Shown: piece by piece, positions 26,988 to 41,292 of the stretch
Layout of the letters: the number at the start of each line of letters is the position of its first letter
Numbering within the stretch: the first letter of the stretch is position 1
From: Octopus vulgaris
Taxonomy: Eukaryota
Assembly: GCA_951406725.2 (NCBI GenBank)
Contig: OX597835.1
Location: forward strand, 12,524,001 to 12,588,000
Reading direction: 5' to 3'
DNA length: 64,000 nt
Program-made: the position numbers and the translations under genes
Notes under the pieces: model-generated
What the model saw: the letters and a program-made list of their open reading frames with translations, nothing else
Told to the model about the DNA's origin: nothing
The model's database searches: none

Positions 26988-27801
26988 CTACTCATGGTGC
27001 CCTAATCGATTCCTTTGACTGCTCCAGCATGTCGGACAAGCCTGAGGCAACTGTGTGAACTGGAGGCGGAAGACATGGAAATCGGTGTCAGGACAAAACG
27101 GTCCTGGGTTTTCGGAAATTTTCTCAGTAAATCCCAATTCAGGAATTAAATTCAAATTCTTGCCATTCTGAACACAGAAACCGTTCAAAGAGAAATTTTT
27201 CTTTAATCTTTTCTCGAGAAAAACCCCAAACGGCAATCCATCCGTGGCAAGGGCGTTGGCCATTTGACATGTCTTGGCAGAGAGTTTCATCATAGCCAGT
27301 TCTGCATTTGACACGTGACCTGGGTATTTCTGTTTAGGGGTTAGATTACTGAACACCGTTTCTTTCGAATAGGGCGAGGAAACTTGGCTATGGACAACAG
27401 GTTTTTCTTCAAGAGTAACAGATGGAATCAAGAGAGTATTGTAATTAGACCATGATGGAAATCTCAAAGTAGACATGACAGTACTGCCAGGAATTGCGTC
27501 GTTGTTGTGATCAGGTAGTTTAGAATTTTCGGTGGAATTCGTGCGATAATTCTCGATTCCAACACGTTCGGTTGTGTTGTAATAATCGAATGCCTTGCAG
27601 TTAGCAACGCCGCCATCTTTTACCGAAGAAATAACTATTTTGTCGATATTCGCGGGAATACTACTGTCTTTAGCAACAGTGCTACTGCAGACGACTTGAA
27701 GAATATTCAAGTCTTTCGAAATCGTAGAATTAATGGCATTGGTATTTGTCACATCGTTTTCATCATTTTCTGATAACTGAGTCTCATTCACGGATAACGG
27801 T
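26988..27801 (-). CDS. Probable terminal coding exon (270 aa, phase-2 acceptor) of an unidentified gene; Ser/Asn/Thr-rich N-terminal part, Cys-containing C-terminal part
   Basis: Non-repetitive 814-nt open frame (PLSVNETQLSEND...PFCPDTDFHVFRLQFTQLPQACPTCWSSQRNRLGHHE*). It starts right after a long polypyrimidine tract and TGCAG acceptor (AG at 27803-27802) and stops at TAG 26990-26988. An AATAAA lies on the minus strand at 26662-26657. No domain recognised. Confidence 0.7.
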
Positions 27802-28010
27802 CTGCAAAAAAAAAAAAAAAAAAAAAAGAAATAAGAAAAGAAGAAAAGAAGGGAAATGTGAGATTTGAAATAAGAAACGGTAGACATTAAATAATATGGA
27901 ATCTAAAACAACATAAAAGACAAATCTTCCTTCAAGGAATGAGTCTAAAATACCGAAAATATCCGAAAGAAATAAAATAATTTTCATACAGAATAAGGTT
28001 TTATCTCAAA

Positions 28011-28406
28011 CTAGCAGTATCGCCCAGCGTTGCTCGGGTTTGTAAGGGAAATAACTATATAAGCATTTTTAGAGAGTTATAGCCAAAAAATAGCAAAAAA
28101 TGCATTAAAAATGGAAAAAAAAATGATGGTAATTTTTTTTTAAATCGTTGATTCATCGTAGACATTTTAGAGAGTTACTTCCCTTATATAATAGCGAAAA
28201 AATCCATTAAAATGGAAAAAAATGATGGTAAATTTTTTTTTAAATCGTAGACTCATCGTAGACGCGCGCTAATACCCAGAAGGGCTCAATATGAATCACG
28301 ACTATAAGATACCCGGTTTTGGTTAAACTGCACCGCCAAATTTGGGAGTAGTTAGGAATCTAAATCGTAGGAGACAGACACACAACTTGACTTTTATATA
28401 TAAAGA
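28011..28406 (-). mobile_element. Non-autonomous Helitron, same family, with an internal duplication
   Basis: Same TC...hairpin-CTAG termini and A|T site as 3788..4071. The block TTTTAGAGAGTTA...AAATCGT.GA.TCATCGTAGAC occurs twice. Confidence 0.9.
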
Positions 28407-28634
28407 TAATCCTTTCTACTAAAGGCACAAGGCCTGAAATTTGCGGGGAGGGGACTCGTCGATTACATCAACCCCAGTGTTTCACTTGTTCTTAATCTAT
28501 CGACCTTGAAAGGATGAAAGGTAAAGTCGGCCTCGGCGGAATTTGAACTCAGAACGGTAAGACGAACGAAAGTGCCGCTAAGCACTTTGCCCGGCATGCT
28601 AACAATTCTGTCTGTCTATCTATCTATCTATCTA

Positions 28635-28767
<133 letters not shown>

Positions 28768-28768
28768 C

Positions 28769-28825
<57 letters not shown>

Positions 28826-28900
28826 AGATACGCATAATCATAGTCGTATCTCTTGTCTCAATATATTGGGAGTATTATTTTGAATTTTCTCCTGTATCTA

Positions 28901-29054
28901 TGTGGCTGTGTGGTATGTAGCTTGCTTACCAGCCACACAGTTCTGGGTTCAGTCCCCCTGCGTGGCAGCTTGGATAAATGTCTTCTACTATAGCCTCAGG
29001 CCGGTCAAAACCCTGTGAGTGGATTTGGTAGATGGAAACTGAAAGAAGCCTGTC

Positions 29055-29106
<52 letters not shown>

Positions 29107-29348
29107 TGTATGTATGCATGTGTATGTGTGTGTATATGTTTGTGTGTCTGTGTTTGTCCCCCAAACATCGTTTGACAACCGATGCTGGTGTGTTTACGTC
29201 CCCGTAATCTAGCGGTTCGGCAAAAGAAATCGATAGAATAAGTACTAGGCTTACAAAGAATAAGTCCTGTGGTCGATTTTCTCGACTAAAGGCGGTGCTC
29301 CAGTATGACCGCAGTCAAATGACTGAAATAAGTAAAAGAATAAAAGAA
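28901..29348 (+). mobile_element. SINE family A, full length
   Basis: Head, internal (TA)n and tail. Confidence 0.9.
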
Positions 29349-29659
29349 TATATATATATATATATATGTATGTATACAGTACGACTGTTTCAAGCGGCAT
29401 TTAAATTGATATAATGATTGCAATGTACAATTAAATGGAGCCGCTTGAAACGGTCGTACTGCATCGCCTCTGGATATCCTATTGACTATTTTGATGTTAT
29501 TCGCTTTATTTTGAAGTTGTACGGATAATACCGCACCAATATTTAGTGCTTCAACTTCAGTACCTAATTCATCAGAATCTCAATTATTTGGCTATGTATC
29601 TATGTATGTAAGCATGTATGTATGTTATTCTCTTTCTCGTTTTTATTCAAAATAAATGT

Positions 29660-30262
29660 TGACCAGTCACCTTACTTGGTGGCAAGGTTGTGAAGGAGAG
29701 CATCATATTTTAACCATCATCCTTTAAAACCGAAGAAGGTCCTACAGATTGTCATAGTCCCAGATTTCGTGATCATTTGTAGTGTATCAATTAAAGATTG
29801 GCGTTCCCTCCCCGACATCTTCAGTTTAGCCAAGCTTTGCTCCAGAAGGGTTTGTATGCATCCTGTTTGCTCCAATAATAATAGGTATGAAACCGAAAGT
29901 TTATTTTGGGGATTGGGTTTGCAAACTCCTTATCAATGGCCCATAGATGTCCTCTTCTCGTACTTTACGAACCACATTGTTGTCCAGAGGCCAACTAATT
30001 TCCACAACAGAGCATATCCTTTCGTTTTTGGTCCCATATAACAATGTCCGGCCGGTCGTGTATGAACTTTTGGTGGCTGTTTTAAATCATAAGTTCCACT
30101 AATATTCGTTTAATCTCTCAGCCTTAACATGGTCAGCTTTGTCTGAAGGTGTTTTCCTTTTGCTGTCCTGTTCCCGACTGTTCTGGCTACAGCATCAAGC
30201 TTCATGGGGAGATAATACCTGGAAGACATTTTCACACAGTTGGGAATAAAGTGGCTGATGTG
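29660..30262 (-). mobile_element. Decayed 3' end of an RLE-type non-LTR retrotransposon
   Basis: Minus strand, with frameshifts: HDRPDIVIWDQK / ICSVVEISWPLDNNVVRKVREEDIYGPLIRSLQ / FIPIIIGA, a PD-(D/E)xK-type motif. Confidence 0.75.
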
Positions 30263-30263
30263 C

Positions 30264-30294
<31 letters not shown>

Positions 30295-30416
30295 TGTATG
30301 TATGTATGTATGTATGTATGTATGTATGTATGTATGTATGTATGTATGTATGTATGTATGTATGTATGTATGTATGTATGTATGTATGTATGTATGTATG
30401 TATGAATGAATGTATG

Positions 30417-30449
<33 letters not shown>

Positions 30450-30550
30450 ATATATATATATGTATGTATGTATATATATATGTATGCATGTATATATATA
30501 TGCATGTATATATAATATATATGTATGCGTGTATATATAGATATGTATGC

Positions 30551-30640
<90 letters not shown>

Positions 30641-30877
30641 ATATATATATATATACTCATACACATGTACACACACATACGAACATACATATATTCAAAC
30701 CGTACAGATCAAAACAGCGATAAGAGAATCCTTATGCAAATATTGTATACGGACGGTAAGTTTGAAAAATAAACACACACACACGTATACATACATATGC
30801 ATACACATACATATGCATACACATACATACATATGCATACACATACAGCACACACATGTGTATCTATTACGTGCGCA

Positions 30878-30931
<54 letters not shown>

Positions 30932-31376
30932 CACATACGTATGCTTATTTATACATATGCGTATGTATATATGTGTATATATCCGTATCTTAATGTATCT
31001 CTGCCTCTCTATATATGTGTATATATTTATATACCAATAAATCACTGAGGTTAATTGACTCACAGAGCAAGAAAACTCCATAGAATCTTTGTTGATATAT
31101 AAACGAGGTTTATTGAACCGTAATCAATAGCATAATACATTGTTGTTGAAGTTTCAATCGAAAGTTGCAGGCGAGTTAACGAACCAACATTCGACAGACG
31201 ACCTCCACCTCCGACAACCCACACAACAAACGGAGCGCCAATGCCAAACAAGGAAATAATAAAGTTTAAGCCAAACTTAAAACAGTTGTGGAGGTCAAAC
31301 TGAATTTCACAACAGTTTAATTTTAAATTACGTATTTGATAGCATCGATAAATTCTTGATTTTTGCATATAAGCGC

Positions 31377-31548
31377 AGGTGTGGCTATGTGGTAAGAAGC
31401 TTGCTTCCCAATCACATGGTTCCGGGTTCAATCCCATTGCGTGGCACCTTGGGCAAAGTGTCTTCTACCATAGCCTCAGGCCGATTAATGTCCTGTGGGT
31501 GGATTTGGTAGAAGGAAACTGAAAGAAGACCGTTATTGTGTGTGTGTA

Positions 31549-31586
<38 letters not shown>

Positions 31587-31652
31587 TGTGTGTGTGTTTG
31601 TATGTGTGTGTGTTTGTATGTGTGTGTGTGTTTGTGTGTGTGTGTGTTTGTA

Positions 31653-31689
<37 letters not shown>

Positions 31690-31754
31690 TTGTGTGTGTG
31701 TGCGTGTTTGTGTATGTGTGTGTGTGTGTGCGTGTTTGTGTGTTTGTGTGTGTA

Positions 31755-31839
<85 letters not shown>

Positions 31840-32033
31840 TACTGGTGTGCTTATGTCCCCGTAACCTAGCGGTTCGGCAACAAAGCCTGATAAAAGAAGT
31901 ACCAGACTAAAAACAAAAAAAAAGAAAAAAAAAAGATCTGGTGTTCATTCATTCGACTAAAAGCTTTTCAAGGCGGTGCTGCAGCATGGCCGCGGTCTAA
32001 TGATTGAAACAAGAAAAAGATGAACGGTAAAAG
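31377..32033 (+). mobile_element. SINE family A with ~300-bp internal (TG)n expansion; a second head follows at 32044..32205
   Basis: Head at 31377, TG tract 31536..31836, tail to 32033. Confidence 0.85.
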
Positions 32034-32260
32034 ATATATGGTAGAGGCGTGGCTGTGCGGCGGTAACAAGTTTGCTTTCCAGCCACATGGTTCCAGGTTC
32101 TATTCCCCTGCTGCTCGGCGCCTTCGGCAAATGTTCTCTACTCTAGCTCCATGCCAGCAAAAGCGTTGTGAATGGATACGATAGACAGAAACTAGAAGTC
32201 TGTCCAATTTCTATCTATTTGTCTGTCTGTCTGTCTGTCTGTCTATTTGTCTGTCTATCC

Positions 32261-32341
<81 letters not shown>

Positions 32342-32358
32342 CCTACCTATCTACATAC

Positions 32359-32434
<76 letters not shown>

Positions 32435-32873
32435 AGACGTGTGTATGCATATTTTTATGTTCGTGTTTCTCCTTGAGGCCAACAGAAATTTCGAGGCCTC
32501 CCAAAGGCCAGCAGGAATTTTCTTTTTGGAATCCGCTTGGTGACATTACAGCCGGAAACCAAAAGCCAAGGCCGAAGGGAGAAAATCGTCTACCTTCGTG
32601 GTGCTTTGGTGACTGCAAGATGGCAGCGCAGCCGAAGATCGATGAACGACGGCAAAGGGAGATAATCATCCAGGATTTTACTTTTAAAAAACGAGGCTTT
32701 TCCCCCTCCACATTTTAAAGAGGTCTAAGGCCAGCAGTATTTGGGGTCTAAAGATACGCCGTAAGACTAAACCCCTTATGAGCGAGAATCTCAGGGTAAC
32801 CCCATAAACCGGCCTACCCCACTATAATATTAACTGCTCTACATCTCCGGATTTATGTGTTTCTACAAACGAT

Positions 32874-32970
<97 letters not shown>

Positions 32971-33829
32971 ATGTATATGACAGGCTTCTTTCAGTTTCCT
33001 TGTACTAAGTACACACACAAAGCTCTGGTTTCCTGAGGCTATAGTAGAAAACACTTGCCCAAGGTGCCACGCAGTGGGACTGAACCCAGGACCATGTGCT
33101 TGGGAAGCAAACTTCTTACCAGATAGCCGCGCCTGCGCCTTCCGGCTTGGAAGGTTCTTAAGCAAATGATCCGGGATTACAGTTGATCACTCTCATAAAT
33201 GAACCATATACATCGGCTTTGCGTGTGTGTATACGTACATATAGATGTATATGCATAAATACACATACATAGATGCATAGATACATACATACATATATGC
33301 ATGCGTACATAATACATACATAAATACATACACATACATACACACACTTGCATACATACATATACACACACATACATACATACACAAACACTCACCTACA
33401 CACATCAACACACACATACATATATACATACATACACAACTGCATACAAACACGCGCATACATACATACATGCATACATATCATACATAAAAGCTTACAC
33501 ACATACACACAGATACATACATACATACATACACACACATAATACACACATATACATGCATACATGCATAGATGCATACACACATGCACACACATACATA
33601 CACACACATACACACACATACATACACACACATACATACATAATACACACATATACTTGCATACATACACACATATGCACACGCATACATACATGCAAAC
33701 ACACATGCACACACATGCACATGCACACACACACACACACATGATTAGTTTTATTTGGTTGTATTGTAATGTTTGTTTTTTAGTCGCCATCTTGTGACCG
33801 AAAGGAAAGAAAATGTCTTCTTCGTCATC

Positions 33830-34225
33830 GTTGTCATAATCTCTGTCATCGTCATCATCGTCATCATCATCATTATCATCGCCGTTGTCGTCGTCGTCAC
33901 TGTTGTCATCCCCTTCGTCATCATCATCACCGTCATCAGGGTGACCATTACCACCAACATTATCGTCATCACCATGACCATCGGCATTTCCACTGCCACC
34001 ACCACCACCACCACCACCACCACCACCACTCAACATCAACATCATCACCAACAACATCATCATCACCATCCCACTCACTCATCACCACCTCCACCACCAC
34101 CACCACCATCATCATCATCATCGTCGTCGTCGTCGTCATCATCATCATCATCGTCGTCGTCGTCATCATCATCATCATCATCGTCGTCGTCGTCGTCGTC
34201 GTCGTCGTCATCATCATCATCATCC

Positions 34226-34262
<37 letters not shown>

Positions 34263-34279
34263 CCTCATCATCATCGTCG

Positions 34280-34316
<37 letters not shown>

Positions 34317-34440
34317 CATCATCATCGTCGCGTCGTCGTCGTCGTCATCATCATCATCATCATCATCATCCTCATCCTCATCATCATCATCATCATCGTC
34401 GTCGTCGTCATCGTCATCATCATCATCATCATCATCATCG

Positions 34441-34490
<50 letters not shown>

Positions 34491-34515
34491 GTCGTCGTCG
34501 TTGTTATCATCATCA
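33830..34515. repeat. (CAT)n/(CGT)n/(CAC)n trinucleotide compound tract; similar tracts at 14805..15205, 2240..2460 and 42427..42590
   Basis: Direct inspection. Confidence 0.98.
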
Positions 34516-35194
34516 GTATCATTTTCCCTCCTCCTACCTCCCCTCGTCCTGTAATTAATTAATACAACAGTTACAACATATAACCGAATACTTGCCTCAG
34601 GGATTAATTATTACGACTGTCATTGTGATCTGGGGAAGTACTTTGGAGAAAGAAACGTCACTCCCCTCCTCCTCCTCCTCCTGCTCATACTCCTCGTTGC
34701 AATCAGAACCACCACCGCCACCATTACCATTATCATCATTGACATCATCATCACCATCATTATCATCTCCATAACTACCCCACCACCACCACCATCGTTG
34801 TCGTCATCGTCACCATCTCTTCCTTTAGTCGAGCAAATTGAGACCCCAGGACTTATTCTTTGCAAGCCTAGTACTTATTCTATCGGTTTCTTTTGCCGAA
34901 CCGCTAAGTTACGGGGGACATAAACGCACCGACATCGGTTGCCAAGCGATGTTGGGTGGGACAAACACAGACACACAAACATACACATACATACATACAT
35001 ACATACATACATACATACATACATACATACATACATACATACATACACAAATGCCCAGTTGCTGATGTTGGAATTCCAATGAAGGAGCATTGAATCTGGG
35101 TTAGAAACCAGTTCTTTCTCTGTTGGCAAGAAATCTTGAAATAAACTGAACAATGGCATACATACATACATACATACATACATACATACATACA

Positions 35195-35275
<81 letters not shown>

Positions 35276-35451
35276 TCCATAATTATAAGCATAATTATAA
35301 TTAGGGTTCAGCAAAATTGCTTCACCACATACCGAAATTTCGAAATAGCAGTTAAATACTATTCTACTACCATAAGGTATCTCCCAGAAAGCAATACTCC
35401 CAACTCACGCAGGCAAAGATAAAAAATAACGAATCCACTCGGCTTTGATCA

Positions 35452-35520
35452 ACTATATACGCGTTTCTGGATTAAAGAGATGTAAAGTTCATCCTTGCTT
35501 ATTTCCGTTTTCAGTATAGT
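35452..35520 (-). ncRNA. Type I hammerhead motif with long stem II and G8A substitution
   Basis: Minus strand actata-CTGAAAA-cgga...(gatg/catc)...tcca-GAAAC-gc-GTA-tatagt: 6-bp stem I and palindromic stem III ACGCGT. Confidence 0.55.
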
Positions 35521-35526
35521 ATTTCA

Positions 35527-35812
35527 ATTAAAAAGGATCCCATCAACTTTAAACAGAGTCTGGATAGATTCCTTCAAAGAATACCAGATAAGCCACCCAT
35601 AATTGGATACAACTCACCCAACAAGAACTCACTACTTGAACAAAACTGGATACAACTCACCCAACAAGAACTCACTACTTGAACAAAACTTGACTTAAAC
35701 AAAACTTGACTTAAACAGGATTCGAATAATCCTATCAGGTGGTGCTATTAAGTTAGACATGGCCTGGACCAATCTTTGGTCGAAACATATCTAAGTTTAT
35801 CTAAGTTTATAT
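35527..35812 (+). mobile_element. 3' end of a CR1/Nimb-like LINE with a 43-bp internal duplication and (ATCTAAGTTT)2 tail
   Basis: FKQSLDRFLQRIPDKPPIIGYNSPNKNSLLE; short tandem tail. Confidence 0.6.
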
Positions 35813-36092
35813 TTGAGAGCACTAGTAATTAAGGTATTCATTCGTCCAAGCACCACCGAACAGACTAATGTCCCTTTAAAAAGTACTTCCTATTTTATAC
35901 AGACGAGTTCCCTAATCATCGTAACGTGTGTTACGAGTAATCCCGCAGAAACTGCAGTTTACTATCAGGGAGTGAATTATATTATCAATAATAATAAATA
36001 ATAATTTTATCCTTTATTATATATATATACATACATACATACACACATACATACATACATACATACATACATACATACATACATACATACAT

Positions 36093-36176
<84 letters not shown>

Positions 36177-36254
36177 CTGTAAATGTAGAATTTGTCAGAA
36201 AAAAACCAAGGAAACAAGGAGAGAAAATAATGTGTTTAGTGGCTACCGATCTAT

Positions 36255-36384
<130 letters not shown>

Positions 36385-36388
36385 GTAT

Positions 36389-36424
<36 letters not shown>

Positions 36425-36741
36425 TGTTCGTGCTTGTTACTGCTGGAATGATTTTCGTTTCTCACCGATATACATTGTTTTCAAATACAAGACGTCTATA
36501 AGAGATGTTATCTCCTGGCGAACACCGCAGTAAATTTGCCTTTCAACGATGTATTTACACATTGATGGGCTATTAACATATCTTCTATTGTCTACAAACT
36601 TCATCACTAGCCGCCATGTCTTCTAGTTTCCCTCTTTCTATGTACGTTTTATAACAGCTCACGCGTACATGTGTATGTGTATTTATTTGAACCAATATAC
36701 GTACAAATATGTACATTTTTGTATATATATATTTGTGTATA

Positions 36742-36808
<67 letters not shown>

Positions 36809-36855
36809 GTATGTGTGTTAATGTTTGTAGTTGTCGAGTTATGTATAAAAACAAC

Positions 36856-36892
<37 letters not shown>

Positions 36893-36939
36893 ATACAGAT
36901 GCCTACGCACATACATAAACACGCGCACACAACACCCAG

Positions 36940-36992
<53 letters not shown>

Positions 36993-37137
36993 CACAAACT
37001 CACACTTCTGATTGACAATCTCTGTGATTCTGTCATAATTCATTTACCAATGATTGAGCTGATATGAATATGTATATGATTGCATGCATAGATTACTATA
37101 CATACATACATACATACATATATATACATATATATAT

Positions 37138-37201
<64 letters not shown>

Positions 37202-37589
37202 ACATATATATATATACATATACATATATATACATATATATATATTGATGTACAATGTGTATTTATGTGAACTATTTATGAATAACTAAAAACATGGAGC
37301 AAAAAATAAATAAATATATAGATATATGTGCGTGTGAGCTAAGTAAATAGCTTGTATGTTCGTGTGGACTTAATTGCGTAGGAGTATGTGTGTGTGTTTG
37401 GGTTTGTGTATGTGTTTGCGTGTGTGCGTGTGTGTGTGTGTATATGTGTGTGTATGTGTAAGTATTCGTTGTATTTGTTGCTCTTCAGAGCCAGGACAGA
37501 CATCAAAGTACGCCACGCGATTTACATACAGACTCTCTCTTATATACACACGTACGTACACATATACATACATACATACACTCTACACA

Positions 37590-37662
<73 letters not shown>

Positions 37663-37787
37663 GTGCATATCTATTTATGCACATATATATACACACATAT
37701 ATATATATATATACACGCATAAACATTTATAGACGCACTGACACCAACGTATGCATGTATTCATATATATATATGTCTACGTATGTG

Positions 37788-37819
<32 letters not shown>

Positions 37820-38572
37820 TGTATGTATGTATGTATATATATATATATATGTATGTGTATATGTATGTATATATATATGTATGTGTATATGTATGTAGGT
37901 ATATATCTATCTTTGTGTATATGTATGTATGCATGTATATATTTATGTATCTATGTACGTATCTATGTACATATGTATGTACGTCCATATGTATGCACTT
38001 ACACACACGCACACGTACAGACACACGCACACACACACACACACACATACACACACACACACAGAGTAAAATCGGTCTCGAAGGACGATGCCAAGAAGGA
38101 GTTGAACACATGAAAGAACCAAAGTATATGTTACGGAGACGAATTACCATAAACATCACATTAGAGACGAGTGTGCAAAGATTGGAAGAATTCAAGAAGG
38201 GGAGCAGAAGGAGACGGCGGCGGCGGCTTAAGTGGCCACCACACAGATATTTCGGAAAAGTTCAACAGTGCAAAATCTGCTGGGCTGAATGTGTCAACGA
38301 AACCTAGCATTAGCGAGAATTATCGTAGGACAATGGCCTGCTTTAATATACCACAGACAGACCTTTGTATTGTGTTGCTTTTTGGCTTATTGTTATTTTA
38401 ATCATAGATCGAAGCTAAATTATGAAGTTTTGCTGTTGTGGTTGTTGTTGTTGTTGTTGTTGTTGCTTAGGCCCAGGTCAATTTTGATCGAGCTGATAGA
38501 CACACACGCGCACACACACTAACATAGACACAGACATGAACACACACACAGACACACACATGCACACGTATA

Positions 38573-38622
<50 letters not shown>

Positions 38623-38817
38623 CATATATATACATATATATAAATATATATATGTGTATATATATACACACACACACATATATATATATGCATGTATATA
38701 TATATATATATATGTACATATATATATATATATATACATATATATATACATGTATATATATATATGTATATATATGTGTATATATATATATTTATTTATG
38801 TATGTATATATGTGTGT

Positions 38818-38912
<95 letters not shown>

Positions 38913-39622
38913 GGTCCGGAAAAAAGCCGAACACTGAGCGTGCTAAACTGATGAGGCAACAGAAATCGTCGAAAATGATGTCTGTTTTAAGAATTCTCGG
39001 TCGGCATTTTTTAGGACAATTCAGGTCCCTGTAAGTGTATATGTTTTCATCTATGTGTGTTAACTGCACCATTAGAGCGCTTTAGCTGTTATTTCTAGCA
39101 GTACAGGTATTTTTTTTAACACCCCACTCACATTTAGGGACAATTATAATTCTCCTTTTTGGTGAAACATTGCAGCTTGCTGTTTATATTAATTTGATAT
39201 ATTGTCCTGCTTATAATTATACCATATGTTGCATATTTATTATATCACACCTTGATACCTCGTGGGACTAAGTTCCGCGTTGACTGGCCGCTGGTATTTA
39301 TAGACTGTTAAACACTTTTGGTATGCAAATTAGGGACTCCCTCATAGAGTAACTGCTGCATTTGTTAAGTATATAAACACTTTGGCTGATTGTTTTCCTG
39401 GAGACTGTCAGAATGATGTAGACGTCTCTGATGAGAACTCAATAAGATGGAAACCCAATTTAGGTTGTTCATAATTTTATTTTAGTCTGCGGAGAAATGG
39501 CTAAAATTTGCTCTGTTTATAATTATACTATATATATATATATATAGTGGACTTCAAAATTCACAACAGCTGTTTCGGCAGCATTTTACTGATGCATTCA
39601 TAGATTACATATATATTCGTTC

Positions 39623-39672
<50 letters not shown>

Positions 39673-39976
39673 GTTTTTCATCTTTTACTTGTTTCAGTTA
39701 TTAGACTGCGGTCATGACTGCACAACAGACTGAAGGAAAAGAAAGATGATCACGTGAGGAAAGGAAAGATGGACGACGGTCACGTGTGAGCAACGAGAGA
39801 GGAGAAGGGAGAGAAAGACAGATAGAAAACAGTGAAGGGAAGAAAAGAATTAAAGAAAGGATGAGTGAGAAAAAGAAAGGGAGAGAGATAGAGAGAGAGA
39901 GAACAGTAAAGGAAAGAGTCGCATCGAATATATTAAGATAAAACATTCATATATACATTATTGTATCTGGGGAGAG

Positions 39977-40028
<52 letters not shown>

Positions 40029-40032
<4 letters not shown>

Positions 40033-40187
40033 AAATAAGCAACAAGGATATCCAAAGTATTGTAGTACGATCGTTTCATGCTACTTCATTTTATTAAACA
40101 CTGTAAGTATTACATTGTTTAATAAAATGAAGTAGCATGAAACAATTGTACTACTCTACCTCGGATATACTTGTTGCTTATTTTGAT
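40029..40187. repeat. Near-perfect ~78-bp-arm hairpin with a 3-nt loop
   Basis: ATCAAAATAAGCAACAAG...TTATTAAACA-c-TGTAA gta TTACA-t-TGTTTAATAA...CTTGTTGCTTATTTTGAT. Confidence 0.9.
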
Positions 40188-40482
40188 TATAATCACCCCA
40201 TTTGGTTTATATGGATAATACCGTACCAAATTCTGGTGCCTTTAACTTTTAAGTACCATATTCATCTGAATCTAAATTTTGCTATATATATATAAATCTA
40301 TATAAACACATATAAGAAAATTATTTAAAAGAAATTATACGACATATATCTATGTATATATATCAATATTTATATATAAAAATATACGTATGTATCTATG
40401 TGTATACTCATATAAATGTGTGTGTGTGTTGAGAGATATTCAGTGTGCATTGAAACACCGCATATTTCGTCCGACTGCTTAC

Positions 40483-40547
40483 GGACCATTAGTGTATTTG
40501 CGAGGAGAACTGCGCTCATCCATGTAACTAAGGAATACGCTCCATCC
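40483..40547 (-). CDS. Candidate 65-nt internal coding exon (GWSVFLSYMDERSSPRKYTNG-P)
   Basis: Minus strand TTTTACTGCAG|GGATGG...GGTCC|GTAAGC. The phase-0 frame is open and ends in phase 2, matching the phase-2 acceptor at 27801. A second frame (DGAYSLVTWMSAVLLANTLMV) is also open. Confidence 0.45.
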
Positions 40548-40884
40548 CTGCAGTAAAATTCGATTTTGACAGAAAACCGATTCTTCATTACAAAACATAA
40601 CAGAAAAGATGAGATGAAATTTGAAATATTAACAAAACTTAATGTTATATTTTATAGAGCACTAGTAGTTCACAGCAGCAACTTTTATCGATAATTCAAC
40701 TTGGAAACAAGAGAACTTTGAAAAAAGCAAATTACGATTGAAAGTAAAAACAAGGGAAGAATTGAGCATATTTTTATTGGGTTAATAAACATGTTAGAGA
40801 AAATGGCGTGTAAATATTTAGTTTTGTTCGGTTTTATTAAATTTTATTTTCTCGAACCAAAAACGCGTGTGATTTTGTCAAAAA

Positions 40885-40951
<67 letters not shown>

Positions 40952-40952
<1 letters not shown>

Positions 40953-41252
40953 TAGCAGTATCGCCCGGCGTTGCTCGGGTTTGTAAGGGAAATAACTATA
41001 TAAGCATTTTTAGAGAGTTACTTCCCTTATATAATAGCAAAAAAAAATGCATTAAAAATAGGAAAAAATGATGGTAATTTTTTTAAAAATCGTAGACTCA
41101 TCGTAGATGCGCGCTAATACCCAGAAGGGCTCGATATGAATCACGACTATAAGATACCCGATTTTGGTTAAACTGCACCGCAAAATGTGGGAGTAGTTAG
41201 GAATCTAAATCGTAGGAGACAGACACTCACACAACTTCACTTTTATATATAA

Positions 41253-41255
<3 letters not shown>
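40952..41255 (-). mobile_element. Non-autonomous Helitron, same family, inserted in an (AT)n tract
   Basis: Same termini; (AT)n on both flanks. Confidence 0.9.

Positions 41256-41292
<37 letters not shown>

Noticed and set aside
32470-32830. Possible L1/Tx1 3' fragment
   Set aside because: GC-richer island with only vague resemblance across frames; it needs a database search.
38080-38350. Coding-looking island between microsatellites
   Set aside because: Stops or nonsense peptides in all frames, no splice-site pair and no recognisable motif.
38948-38975. CTGATGAGGCAACAGAAATCGTC hammerhead candidate
   Set aside because: No convincing stem I, II or III.
39428-39470. CTGATGA...GAAAC...GTT hammerhead candidate
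   Set aside because: The core is canonical but stems I and II do not pair; at best a heavily decayed relic.
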